A DNA stretch of 64,000 nt, taken from positions 496,001 through 560,000 of the forward strand of contig AP026138.1 of NCBI GenBank assembly GCA_030295235.1, given 5' to 3'. The DNA is from Fistulifera solaris (taxonomy: Eukaryota). Below the pieces are notes generated by a model. The model saw only the letters and a list, made by a program, of their open reading frames with translations, did not search any database and was not told the origin of the DNA. Made by a program: the position numbers and the translations under genes. Shown here piece after piece: positions 1-13,545 of this stretch; position 1 is the first letter of the stretch, and every line of letters starts with the position of its first letter.

Positions 1-2
1 CG

Positions 3-710
3 ACGATACTCACACCCTCGGATTCGGCGGCCGACGACTTTTTCGGTGGGTCCGTGTCCATCCATGATGATATAATTGTCGTCGGTGCCCGAGGGAAAGA
101 TATGACTGTCACGGACTCCGGTGCAGTTTATGTATTTACGCGTGACGCGTTGAATGTATGGACCGAAGAAACCATGTTGACGGCCACGACGGAAAACCAC
201 GGATACGGTGTAGCTACCGCCACGGATGGTACAACGATTGTCGTGGGCGCCATTCGCGATGGTACGCTCGGTACCAACGCGGGCGCCGTCTACGTTTATT
301 CTCGCAACAATGGCGACTGGACCCTAAATGCCAAGCTGGTGGCCGGTGATGGAACAGCGGGCGATCAGTTTGGAATCGCTGTTGCCGTGGACGGCAATTT
401 GATTGTCGTGGGTGCCCATTTCGATGACGTCGCAGACTTATCCAATGTCGGGTCAGCCTACGTTTTTCGAAAAGTCAACGGTTTTTGGAGCGAAGAGCGA
501 AAGCTCACGGCTTGTGACCGAAGTCCCGGAGATGGTTATGGATTTTCGGTGGACGTGGACAGAGACCAAATTGTTGTGGGCTCTTTCGCAAGTGATATTA
601 TGCATCACTTTGGACGAGATGCGGGTGTAGGGTATGTATATAAATACGACCGTAAACGAAGGAGGCTTCGTTCACGAAGATGCCGGCGAAGGAATTCCGA
701 CGGTAACTAA
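3..710 (+). CDS. FG-GAP repeat (integrin-alpha beta-propeller-like) protein, 5'-truncated by the window edge
   Basis: Repeated FG-x-x-V...IVVGA...GAVYVF/GSAYVF units. The frame is open from base 3 (TILTPSDSAADDFFGGSVSIHD). Ends in a very basic tail RKRRRLRSRRCRRR. Confidence 0.85.
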   Translation, partial: TILTPSDSAADDFFGGSVSIHDDIIVVGARGKDMTVTDSGAVYVFTRDALNVWTEETMLTATTENHGYGVATATDGTTIVVGAIRDGTLGTNAGAVYVYSRNNGDWTLNAKLVAGDGTAGDQFGIAVAVDGNLIVVGAHFDDVADLSNVGSAYVFRKVNGFWSEERKLTACDRSPGDGYGFSVDVDRDQIVVGSFASDIMHHFGRDAGVGYVYKYDRKRRRLRSRRCRRRNSDGN

Positions 711-728
711 GCTGCTCTAAATTTAAAG

Positions 729-1823
729 CTATCTGTACATTTCATTCCATGTTCGAAGCCCACTAGAAACGCCTTCACTTCCGGCATGTGTTCGCTGCGT
801 CCGTAATCGCTCTTGCTCGTAAGCTGCATCGTCCGTCGGCAGCTCTCGCCGACAATAGGGACATGTATTGTGGGCTTTGAGCCACACCAACGCACAAGAC
901 TCGTGAAAAATATGCCCGCATTCGGGAAGACGTACAATCGTTTGCGACAACTGAAAATCATCGGTACAAATAACACATTCCTTCGCCTGTTTCTGAATTT
1001 TGAACTGACAGAGCAAGGGTGCCGAAGACTGACGGCACGCGTCCAAAAGTGCACGTGCATCCGCCTGCTTGATCATGACCACCGGAATTGTCAGATTTTC
1101 TCGTTCCGCCTCTTTCGTCGAATCTCGCATCACGTACGGCCACGGCTCCGCCAGATGGTTGCCGATAATGACAGCTTGGGCGCCAGTTTGCTGCGCGACC
1201 AGTGCCTTTCTGGCAAAACTCACACTATCTCCGCGTTCCATGTACAACACGGAAGGTTGTTGTCGAATAGCTTGCTGTGTATTGGCGGATAACTTGTTGC
1301 CTTTGGCAGTTTTCGGTTCAGCTATTGTTAAAGCAGCATTTTCGATACAACACGGCTGAGCGGATCCAAATTCACCAGGAATAGCTTCGCACCGTAACAC
1401 AACACGCTCCGAGTTTCGCAATTCAATCGTCGATGGATGCAAGAAAAGTGTATTTTCCAACACAATTCGCGGTAAGTGTTCCAAAGCTTTTCCCGCCGTG
1501 GCTCGCTGATTGGATGTAGGAGTTTGTTGTATGATTTCGCCTCGTAACATTTCCAAAGATTCCATCAACTCTTGCTGAGCTTGTTGTGTGTCGACTACAC
1601 TTTGTTGCACATGTCGCAACAAATGAGACAAATGCCGGGCATTTTGACGGACATCTTCGACGAGTTCTTCCGGTACGAGTGAATACGGACGGCTTTGTTG
1701 TTGAGTGGCTTGATGTGCCGGAGGACTCGTGAGAGTCGTGCCACAAACCGTGCAGATCGAAGGATGATCGTGGCAGACTTCTTGACAGGAGGGGCAGTAA
1801 ATGTTGCCGGCAGGGATCGTCAT
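729..1823 (-). CDS. RING-H2 E3 ubiquitin ligase, RNF115/RNF126-like, with an internal PA domain
   Basis: ATG at 1823 (MTIPAGNIYCPSC...CTVCG zinc ribbon). PA-like segment ERGDSVSFARKALVAQQTGAQAVIIGN...IPVVMIK. RING-H2 CVIC...LPECGHIFHESCALVWLKAHNTCPYCR. Confidence 0.85.
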   Translation of the reverse strand: MTIPAGNIYCPSCQEVCHDHPSICTVCGTTLTSPPAHQATQQQSRPYSLVPEELVEDVRQNARHLSHLLRHVQQSVVDTQQAQQELMESLEMLRGEIIQQTPTSNQRATAGKALEHLPRIVLENTLFLHPSTIELRNSERVVLRCEAIPGEFGSAQPCCIENAALTIAEPKTAKGNKLSANTQQAIRQQPSVLYMERGDSVSFARKALVAQQTGAQAVIIGNHLAEPWPYVMRDSTKEAERENLTIPVVMIKQADARALLDACRQSSAPLLCQFKIQKQAKECVICTDDFQLSQTIVRLPECGHIFHESCALVWLKAHNTCPYCRRELPTDDAAYEQERLRTQRTHAGSEGVSSGLRTWNEMYR

Positions 1824-2288
1824 GTGAATTGAGCAATAATGCACCACCAAATTGTAAAAGACTAATGCAACGATATTGCTATAATCTAATTGAATAATGG
1901 GATTGCGAGAAGAAAAGACGATGCGAGAACCACAACGAACAGTAGTATAGTCCTTCAGACCCACCGGCACTCGGCTATGTCTAGGGTCGGAACACAAAAA
2001 GTAACCGAGTACAAGTTCAAAGCGGCACTTTATGAAAGATGAGAGCATCTATTGACTATGAAAAAGTTGTTATTGACGATGTAAGCGTCTACGGATTGTA
2101 TGGCACTAAGTGACCGAAGCATCAATCTTCAACCAGTGTTATCCGGAGCGACATATGAAAAAAAGCACACGATGCCACATCAACATGCTAGCTCGCACAT
2201 CAAGATATAATTGAGTAACAAGCAGGTTATTTGGTTACATTATTAATTCATAATTTTGTCATGGGTTTTGTTGGGTCGAGTGTTCGCC

Positions 2289-3777
2289 TTAAAATTTCTT
2301 TCCTTTGCTTCCCTTGCCACTTTTTCTTTCCTTTGCTGGAAGTCTCTTCTTCGTCGTCATGACCGTGGTCGTCGTGGTCACCGTGGCCGACACCAAGCTC
2401 GCGCTTTCCCTTTCCGCTCTTGCTTCCTTTGCTTCCCTTTCCTTTGCTGGAGGCCTCTTCTACTTCCTCTTCGTCATCGTGTCCATGGTCGCGATCATGT
2501 CCGTGGCCAAGTCCGAGCTCGCGATCTCCCTTTCCACCCTTTCCGGATTTCTTGCCGGCCTTGCCTTTGCTGGAAACTTCCTCTTCGTCGTCATGTCCAT
2601 GGCCAACACCGAGTTCACGCTTTCCCTTTCCGGACTTCTTGCCGGCCTTGCCTTTGCTAGAGGCTTCTTCTTCTTCATCGTCATGTCCATGATCTCCATG
2701 TCCAACACCGAGTTCGCGCTTGCCCTTTCCGGACTTCTTTCCGGCCTTGCCCTTGCTGGAAGCCTCTTCCTCGTCATCGTGTCCGTGGTCTCCATGGCCA
2801 ACACCGAGTTCGCGTTTGCCCTTTCCGGACTTCTTGCCGGCCTTGCCTTTGCTCGAAGCTTCTTCCTCGTCGTCATGACCGTGATCATCATGGTCGCCAT
2901 GTCCAACACCGAGTTCGCGTTTGCCCTTTCCGGACTTCTTTCCGGCCTTGCCCTTGCTGGAAGCCTCTTCCTCGTCATCGTGTCCGTGGTCACCGTGGCC
3001 GACACCAAGCTCGCGCTTTCCCTTTCCGCTCTTGCTTCCTTTGCTTCCCTTTCCTTTGCTGGAGGCCTCTTCTACTTCCTCTTCGTCATCGTGTCCATGG
3101 TCGCGATCATGTCCGTGGCCAAGTCCGAGCTCGCGATCTCCCTTTCCACCCTTTCCGGATTTCTTGCCGGCCTTGCCTTTGCTGGAAACTTCCTCTTCGT
3201 CGTCATGTCCATGGCCAACACCGAGTTCACGCTTTCCCTTTCCGGACTTCTTGCCGGCCTTGCCTTTGCTAGAGGCTTCTTCCTCATCGTCATGTCCATG
3301 ATCTCCATGTCCAACACCGAGTTCGCGCTTGCCCTTTCCGGACTTCTTTCCGGCCTTGCCCTTGCTGGAAGCCTCTTCCTCGTCATCGTGTCCGTGGTCT
3401 CCATGGCCAACACCGAGTTCGCGTTTGCCCTTTCCGGACTTCTTGCCGGCCTTGCCTTTGCTCGAAGCTTCTTCCTCGTCATCGTGTCCGTGGTCTCCAT
3501 GGCCAACACCGAGTTCGCGTTTGCCTTTTCCAGACTTCTTGCCGCCCTTGCCCTTGCTGGAAGCCTCTTCCTCGTCGTCATGATGTCCATGATTACGATC
3601 ATGTCCGTGACCGAGACCCAAACGTCGGAGACCGCCAGCGTTGATAAGGACGTTTGCGTCAGCCGACTCAACTTGAGAAGCGGACAATTCGGACTTTCCA
3701 ATTGCACGGATAGATCCGCCAACAATCGCGCACATGACAAGGGCAGCGGATGCGGTTTTAGCAGCAGTGTACTTCAT
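2289..3777 (-). CDS. Secreted silaffin-like RXL polyprotein with 13 His/acidic/Lys-Ser repeats
   Basis: Hydrophobic N-terminus MKYTAAKTASAALVMCAIVGG. One RRL plus 12 REL sites, each followed by GVGHGDHGHDDEEEASSKGKAGKKSGKGK-type units with KxxK motifs. Removing one A from the run near 2321-2325 gives the repeat-like end KKSGKGSKGKKF* (stop 2289-2291); as assembled the ORF ends at 2248. Confidence 0.8.
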
Positions 3778-3854
3778 CTAAACACACAAGAGGAATTATG
3801 TTAGATACCTATGAACACCACTCATCCGATGTTACCCCGTTATAGGATGCTTAC
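3778..3854 (-). other. Probable 77-bp 5'UTR intron ending immediately before the ATG of the silaffin-like gene
   Basis: Minus strand reads AAG|GTAAGC ... pyrimidine-rich TTCCTCTTGTGTGTTTAG|ATG. Length matches other introns in the window. Confidence 0.6.
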
Positions 3855-4406
3855 CTTGTTTTTGTTGTTATGAAAGACTTCGTTCAGAGTTTCGAAGAAA
3901 AGATTTTATGGCAGATGTTGACAAAGTTCAAAAGTTGGCTCGATAGAATGAATCGTTCAAGCATTGAGCTAAAGAAATTTTTGAATGCAATAAAATTTGT
4001 TCCTACCTAGCGTTGGATTCCAATTTTTACAGGCGTCTGTCGTGTTTTCACTAGTGTTCTCATTTTTAGTACTTTAGGCCTTAGTGTTCAGTACCGGTTC
4101 GTCAACCCGGTACAATAATTATGAGCCACTCCGTTCCACTAAATTTCATCCGTTAACAAGTGGCTCTGCGACATACGTAGAAACCGTACCAGAGCAAATT
4201 TTGTTAACAAGATCTGAAAAATTGGAAGCTGGGACCATCGCCAGGATCAAAACGCATTCTTCATCCCACGTTCGAATTTGTCCATCCGCGGGACAACAAA
4301 CTACAGCTATGTGCTTCAATGAAAACCTAGATGATCTTGACTGTACACTGATGGCAACGAACACCGTATATCGTATACCTGGTAGAGAAAAACGAGTATA
4401 CTATTA

Positions 4407-5867
4407 TTAAAAGTCACCTGTGATAGCTGCTTTCTGTTCTGCTGCATCCCGCTGCTTCCGACGAATCTCTTTCATCAATGGATTCAGGAAAGAATTTTCA
4501 AACCCCTGAAAGTAATCCTTTAGACTTGTTTGCTTCCAATCCGCGGATGCGTCAAGCTTGATTAGCTCTTGTTCTAATTCAGGTAAGGTTGGCACGGTAA
4601 AGGGGTTGAACGAGTCCACATCTACAATGGGGACACAAACGCGCCCAGTCTTTGGGTGAACGCAGAATGGCGACTTCAGCAAGTGATTACGAGCTTTGGA
4701 TACATTGACATCCAGGCGAGGGTAGCCATGACGAAAAACCATTTCCACGGGCCAGTTCTCCAATCGATTTCGCTCTTTGGTTGACATATTTTTGGCGGCT
4801 TTGGCTACTCCTTTCTTGGCCGACAAGAAGGCTGACAGATGCTCTTTGATGGACTCCCACTTTTCCGCAGGGGTGGTGTTATTGAATTTAGATGATGTCC
4901 AGTGAGGGAGAAGTTTCTCGCGAACAGGTGCGGCGGCTTCAGGCAATTCATCTAAAAAGGCTTGACAATTCTCCGGTGTAGCCAAAAGACCGTGTCCGGT
5001 TGCCGGTAGAACTTGTTCAACAAACATGGGTTCCAACAGTTCATAGGCCCGAGCTAACATGGGATGGAGTGGATTGGCAAGTTGAACTTCCTTGTTATTC
5101 TCCGAGCCAAGATTAACCTTTTCACGATCACCAAAGTATCAAAATAAAGATTAGCAACAAAATTAGCAGCTTTTTGTATATTACAACACGACTTACCTCA
5201 AAATACCCCGCAATGGCATGTCGCGCTTCGTCCGTCAGAGATTTCGCTACTTCATCGCACACCCACGCGTGCACACCACGTCGTCCGGAGTAAAACCAAG
5301 CAATGTGTTCAAAGCCAAAATCTTCGCGCAATGCCTGATCCATGACTTTTACGGCCATGGGCATGAAGCCCCAGCAAACGCGACAAATCTGCGCTCCCGT
5401 GCAGCCGCACTTGCGGACGCCATCGTAATCGGTCAAATCGACATCAAAGACGAGTTCGCGCAGTTCGGGTTTCAGTTGCCCCGATTGCAACGTATCTTTT
5501 TCTTTCGGTGAATGCGAGAATACAGCGCCGATATCGATCTTTTGGGGCAGCGCTTGACAATGGCTTGTGCCAATTCTTCCTGGGTTGTGAAACTTTGGTA
5601 ACGAATGTAGATTTCCTCGTCGGGAACGGGTTCGATTGTGAACGAAAACTCGCGCTTGGAAAAGATCGAAGTGTTACTTCCGTAGCTGAGCCAGTCGTAC
5701 AACAAGGAAAACGGAAAGAGTCGAGAATAATACATTTTCAAGAGTTCCGGAGTGCATGTCGCCGCTTTCGAGGCGGGGGCCGGAGATACGACGGCCGCTT
5801 CGACCGAAGCCGTATTTGGTGCGTCCTCATCCTCGGCAAAGGATGTTTCTAATTCCATTTCGGTCAT
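4407..5867 (-). CDS. PRIM1: DNA primase small (catalytic) subunit; intron 5118-5196; 1-nt frameshift near 5540
   Basis: Motifs YYSRLFPF, KREFSFT, (K)IDIGAVFS after restoring one A, RELVFDVDLTDY, YSGRRGVHAWVCD, YPRLDVNVSK, HLLKSPFCVHPKTGRVCVP. The GT-AG intron joins the exons in frame. Confidence 0.95.
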
Positions 5868-6019
5868 GATTCGTGAACGATAGAATTTTATTTTAACAAA
5901 AAGTAACAAGTGGAAACAGAGTAACCGCAACACTCTTCGGACTTGTCATTTTTGTGCGAAGAATGAAACTCTCGCGTGCATTTCGCACTTCGCACCGACT
6001 TTTTTCTCCACCGTGTAGC

Positions 6020-6079
6020 GCGGGAAAGCGCGTGCCGGCGCCGAATTCAAATTGCAGATAGCCAACGAAACGCGCGAAA
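6020..6079 (-). promoter_or_regulatory. Two E2F consensus sites upstream of PRIM1
   Basis: Minus-strand TTTCCCGC (6020-6027) and TTTCGCGC (6072-6079) match TTTSSCGC, 150-210 bp upstream of a DNA replication gene. Confidence 0.5.
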
Positions 6080-6381
6080 TGATTACTGTCAACTGGAATG
6101 TAGATTACCTTTTCATTCCCTGTCTCACGTGACTCCTCCTCGGGGTTGACACCCGCAGAAGGATGAATAGTTAGAAAGATGCCAACAACATTATAGTATC
6201 TTTTATCAACAATAAATAGACCCATCGTGCAGCATCGTACTAGTACAACCAAGTTAACGTTCATTACAAGCAGACCTGCATCATTTTTCGCAAAAATCCT
6301 GTCCTATCTCTATGAATTTGCAAGAACATCATTGGACTCCTTGTATGATAAAGGCCTCGGAATGCAAATAGTTCGTCCGCT

Positions 6382-6947
6382 TCACCCCTCAAATACGCTG
6401 AATCTGAATTTTATTATTGTAAATTGCATGACAAGGCACGACTTTAAATGAGAAACCTCGAATCCTTCAAGTTCATAGAAGATACACAAGAACGGCACAT
6501 CGCTGTAAAGTACTTTTGTAAACAAAACACAGAACGACTCGTGCGCCCTTAGCGCTGGCCTTGTCTCATGAGATCCAAACGAAACATTCGCGACAGTGGA
6601 ATTCCCGTTTCCACGCAAAAGTTGACAATCTCCGAATAAGATTGAGCTCCACTTTGTTGAATCATCTGTCGACGGAAGTGTCAGAGGAAAAAGCATTCCG
6701 ATCGACAGCTCGTTCCAGTCGCACATACCTCTATCAAAACATCATCTTGTGAAAGCAGCGATGATTCCGATAATGGTGTCTCTACTTCCATGGCGTTATT
6801 TCTAGAGGCATCACGCCTTCGTTTGACAGCCGGATACTCGGCCATTTCGTCGTCCGAGACCGCCCGAGGAATGCCGATGCTCGACATCGGCGATACGTCC
6901 CTGCTCGCATTTTTGAACTGTCGGTTTATCATATCATTGCTGGACAT
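6382..6947 (-). CDS. Hypothetical protein (frameshifted; ends uncertain)
   Basis: Overlapping ORFs 6681-7061 and 6382-6726 join at a homopolymer run. NLS-like VKRRR. No family recognised. Confidence 0.3.
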
Positions 6948-7613
6948 GCTATTATTGGTGCAAGAAGGTATATTGTAGCAGTTGAAGAAGAAGAGTGACA
7001 CGGATACGGCGGAATTTTTCGCAGAACTGCGCGGAAGATCGGAAAAACGCCGCCGATGCAAAAATTGGCGAAGTGACCGAAAACCGAACTCAAATTTCAG
7101 TACTGGGAGACACGGGAACGCACCTCTGCTTGGTACATTTTTCTACGGGGGCCTACGTGAGTGTACACTTTTTCCCGAACCTTCCTGTAGGTAACTACAC
7201 TCGCGGTGTGACGTACATGCCCGCGTTAAAGAAACGATGTCTTGCGTATTTACTATAGATCGAAGTGTTGTCCGTATTCGCCACGACTGGACTTCAGCCA
7301 TGAATCAAATTCTTTTGAGCGACAATGTTACCTCCAATTGGTTCGTTTAGCGAATTTACTTGAGCTCCATTTGTCGTTGTTACAATCCAACAGTCTTAGC
7401 ATCGTTTTGATTACACGACATTATACTTTACATCGAAGAGCTTTGCAAAACGTTGTCTTTTCTTAATTCACTATAGACCAAAGTGTGGATTCAAGGGAAC
7501 CGTGACTGCATTTCAGTCATGAGGCCGTTAGTCCGAGCCAGATTGTCAGCTCACCCACATTTTCCTTTTTCTACTGTCTTATAATACAAAAGGCTATAAC
7601 GTAGGTTTGAAAT

Positions 7614-8974
7614 CTATTGAGTGTCACTAGTCGACTCCTTCACTTTTTGTACAAAGGCAGCCAAGCGGCCCATTAAATCGTCAACGCCCTCCTTTTCCTT
7701 TGCGCTCATCCACAGCATACGTGAATGTGGCATCACTTCCTTCAACCTTTGTTCCAGTTCCTCTTTCGTAAACTTAACCCGTAAACCTTCTTCCCACTCT
7801 TCGCCACTCCCTTCTTCGTAGACATCCATTTTATTGACTACCACTACCTGTGGCATTCGAGCGAGTTGACCCGTTCCGTAGGCGACCATTTCGCGATTGA
7901 GCATTTCATAGTCCGCAACGGGGTCGTTGGAGGTGGCATCTACCAAGTGCAATATCACATGACAACGGTCGACGTGTCGTAGAAATGCGTGTCCCAGTCC
8001 GACACCTCGTGCGGCGCCTTCAATCAATCCGGGAACATCGCACAAGATCAGTCCCCTACTGCCGGGCGACGGCGGATTCCACACACCCAAATTGGGAACG
8101 ACCGTCGTGAACGGATAATTGGCAATCTTCGGTTGCGCCCGTGTGACGGCCGCCAGCAGTGTCGACTTTCCCGCGTTGGGGACTCCCACCAAGGCCACGT
8201 CGGCAATGAGTTCCAACGTCAATTCCAACACTTTACGTTCCCCTTTGGTGGGTGGATTGCGGGGTCGTAGGACACCTCTCGTGTTACCGGTCACTCCGGA
8301 ACCTTCTCCTCCGACTCCTCCCTGTGCTACCACCAATTCTTCCTGGGGTACGGTGAGACGACCCAACCATTGTTGTTCCCCATCTTCCAGCACTTCGTGT
8401 ACGACGGTCCCCAGAGGCACACGAATGACCGCATTCGTCCCCGACTTGCCACTCTGAAACGAATACGCCCCGTCGTGTCCCTTTTCGGCTCTCACAAACC
8501 GCCGCTGGAGACTCGCCAATGTATTCATGGAAGCATCCGCCAGAATCACCACGTGTCCTCCGCGTCCCCGTTCCCTCCATCCGGTGGTCCCTGTTGTCCT
8601 CCCTTGGTGCGTTTGTACGTACTCGCACCTTGTCCTCCACTCCCCGCTTGTACGGTCACCGTGGTTTGATCGAAAAGGAATATTCGTCTTCAGACGACGA
8701 CGTCGTACTATTGCGAATGTGACGATGGCCCAACGGTACATTGGGTGAAAAGTAGGTCGTTTCTTCTGGTTCGACGGATGTAAATATAAGAAGTGGATTG
8801 TGTTGATGGTGAATGGAAGGATGTGACAGCAGAGGCGACGTAGGAAGAAAAACTCGCGTGTGTCAAAGACAGGAACGTCCACAGAGAACAAAAATAAATA
8901 AATGTCGAAACATACTTTCGGCGCAATTTCCGACTTCTTCTGTCTTTAAATGCAAAAGATGACAAGGATGGCAT
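7614..8974 (-). CDS. obg: Obg/CgtA GTPase, organellar (start uncertain, frameshifts in the 5' part)
   Basis: Gly-rich Obg fold (FDQTTVTVQAGSGGQG...DGGNG, IRVPLGTVV), G1 ALVGVPNAGKSTLL, G2 KIANYPFTT, G3 DVPGLIEGA, GLGHAFLRHVDRC, G4 NKMD. N-terminal extension present. Confidence 0.9.
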
Positions 8975-9352
8975 TCTTGTATCAGAGGTGACATGAAAAG
9001 GGACGATCTTGTAGTCTTTTTCATTCAAATAATGCGTCGATGTTATGTCGGTTGATGTTTTATTCCTCGTTCCTTATTTTTCTGTTTATTGGCGTGCAGC
9101 GTGCAGGTTACCGGATCACAGACAGGCGAGTACTACTTTCTCCACTAAAGCGTCCCATCTACTTTAGAGGGTATAGATCACAATCGTTCCACGTGACATG
9201 AAAATCACTCCGACACGAACGTCTTTCGAGAAACGACTTCAACCACCATCAAAATCATCAACACAAATAATACCAACATCGGAAAACTCCGTCAATATTA
9301 TTTCGTGTCGTTCACTTCACTGTTTTGAAAAAAGCCGATCGCTGCAATCATC

Positions 9353-12157
<2,805 letters not shown>

Positions 12158-12453
12158 ACAGCAATAAGAACGACGATCAAACTATGTGTTACTTGGCTAA
12201 ATTCGTTTGTTGAGGGTGCCAGAGCTTCTTGGAAACTTTCGAAGTGTTTCGCAGAATTACCAATCGTTGTTTTTTTCCACGGAAACCTTGCAGTAGACTA
12301 TATTAGGATGTCGTGATCACTCACCGCCTGATGAGGTTCCTCGAGTTAAAGTTTCCGCACCTTACTCATACCCTGTTACAGCATTAACTTCAATAGCATC
12401 AAGTTGGTGAATACCGCGTCCTGTTGTCGAATACAGCGTCGAATTCTGATCTG

Positions 12454-12741
12454 GTAAGATCTTATTACAGAGACGTTGTAAATGCATGTTTTGATTTCGA
12501 TCGACTACTATAATTTTTATGACTACTTGCCATTTTCAACATCTTGTTCTTTTAGAAACCTCGCAACAAAGGATCAACCGTTGCAATGGTGACGTCGATG
12601 TCAGAAAATGGAGACGTCGACTACGAGGCAACCCCAAACTTATTGCAATGGCACATCGATCAAAACACCAATAAATTGTGTAAGCTAGGGACGACAGGAG
12701 AATGGGCATCATCAATTTTATGGCAAATGGTAAAAATGTAA
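12454..12741 (+). pseudogene. dapA: Truncated dihydrodipicolinate synthase fragment with a retained intron (12454-12555)
   Basis: 12556-12741 translates KPRNKGSTVAMVTSMSENGDVDYEATPNLLQWHIDQNTNKLCKLGTTGEWASSILWQMVKM*, i.e. the DHDPS N-terminus with GTTGE. The rest of the TIM barrel is absent before the next gene. Confidence 0.7.
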
Positions 12742-12786
12742 GAATTGGTCCAGCTATGGGGCATTCGTTCTTTTAGTTTGTTAATT

Positions 12787-13545
12787 TCATGGATTCAGTA
12801 ATTTCCGCTTGGAAACTTCCTTATTACCCATTGTTCGGCGCGACGGGATATCTCTTTGGATTAAGTGAGCTTCGATGGCATCCATTTCAGCCAGCTGACG
12901 CGCCTTATTCACCGCTCCAGCTGATGCCAAAGCATACATGGCCATGTCATTGTGTTCCAAAACCGACTTTTTTGCAAACTCTGATCTGCTCTCCTTGCTT
13001 AGGATGAAATGCTCTAGTCCTCTTGAGCTTATCTCGGAGAAATCGTCAAATGGGCCCACCCGTTTGGTCGCATCGGCGATGAGTATGGCTTCTTGGCGCA
13101 TGGCAATGAATTCTTCTTTTGAAAACCAAAGCGAGTTTTTATGCGATTGAGCAATATTTTCAACGAACTTTCCTTCTATTGATCCAAAAGAAACCGTTCG
13201 TTTTATTTGGTGAGCAGGGTCTCGGTGTCTGTCTCCACTGCGTAATTGTCCGTTTGACAAACAGCTGCGTGTGCGACACGGCAGACGTCGAGCAGGGGTA
13301 GGCTGAATCTTTTTGAGGTTCTCTCCTCGATTGGAGGCAATATATGCTTGCTGAAATCCATGTGGAATACGTGTACGTATAATAGGAGCGATAACATTCT
13401 TGGAGTAACTCTCTGTTGCCGATCGCCGAATGCTTTCCGTTCGTTTCAAAGTGCGCGTCCGGTCTTCAACGGTAGAATGGAGCAGTTTGTCGCCTTTGAT
13501 GCTTCCTTGAAGCGAACAAGGACAAGTGCTTTGCAACATTGTCAT
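12787..13545 (-). CDS. Hypothetical protein with VSF...LWFSKEE...RGLE motif series
   Basis: Open 252-codon frame. The motif order KRTVSFG / SLWFSKEEF / SSRGLEH / ARQLAEMDA is one I associate with expanded diatom hypothetical families. Confidence 0.65.
   Translation of the reverse strand: MTMLQSTCPCSLQGSIKGDKLLHSTVEDRTRTLKRTESIRRSATESYSKNVIAPIIRTRIPHGFQQAYIASNRGENLKKIQPTPARRLPCRTRSCLSNGQLRSGDRHRDPAHQIKRTVSFGSIEGKFVENIAQSHKNSLWFSKEEFIAMRQEAILIADATKRVGPFDDFSEISSRGLEHFILSKESRSEFAKKSVLEHNDMAMYALASAGAVNKARQLAEMDAIEAHLIQRDIPSRRTMGNKEVSKRKLLNP

Noticed and set aside
2305..3804. 499-aa hydrophobic ORF on the + strand
   Set aside because: It is the antisense shadow of the stop-free repeat gene. The minus frame has the signal peptide, intron and RXL/KxxK motifs.
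12328..12360. CTGATGAG hammerhead-like core
   Set aside because: No stem II followed by GAAA.
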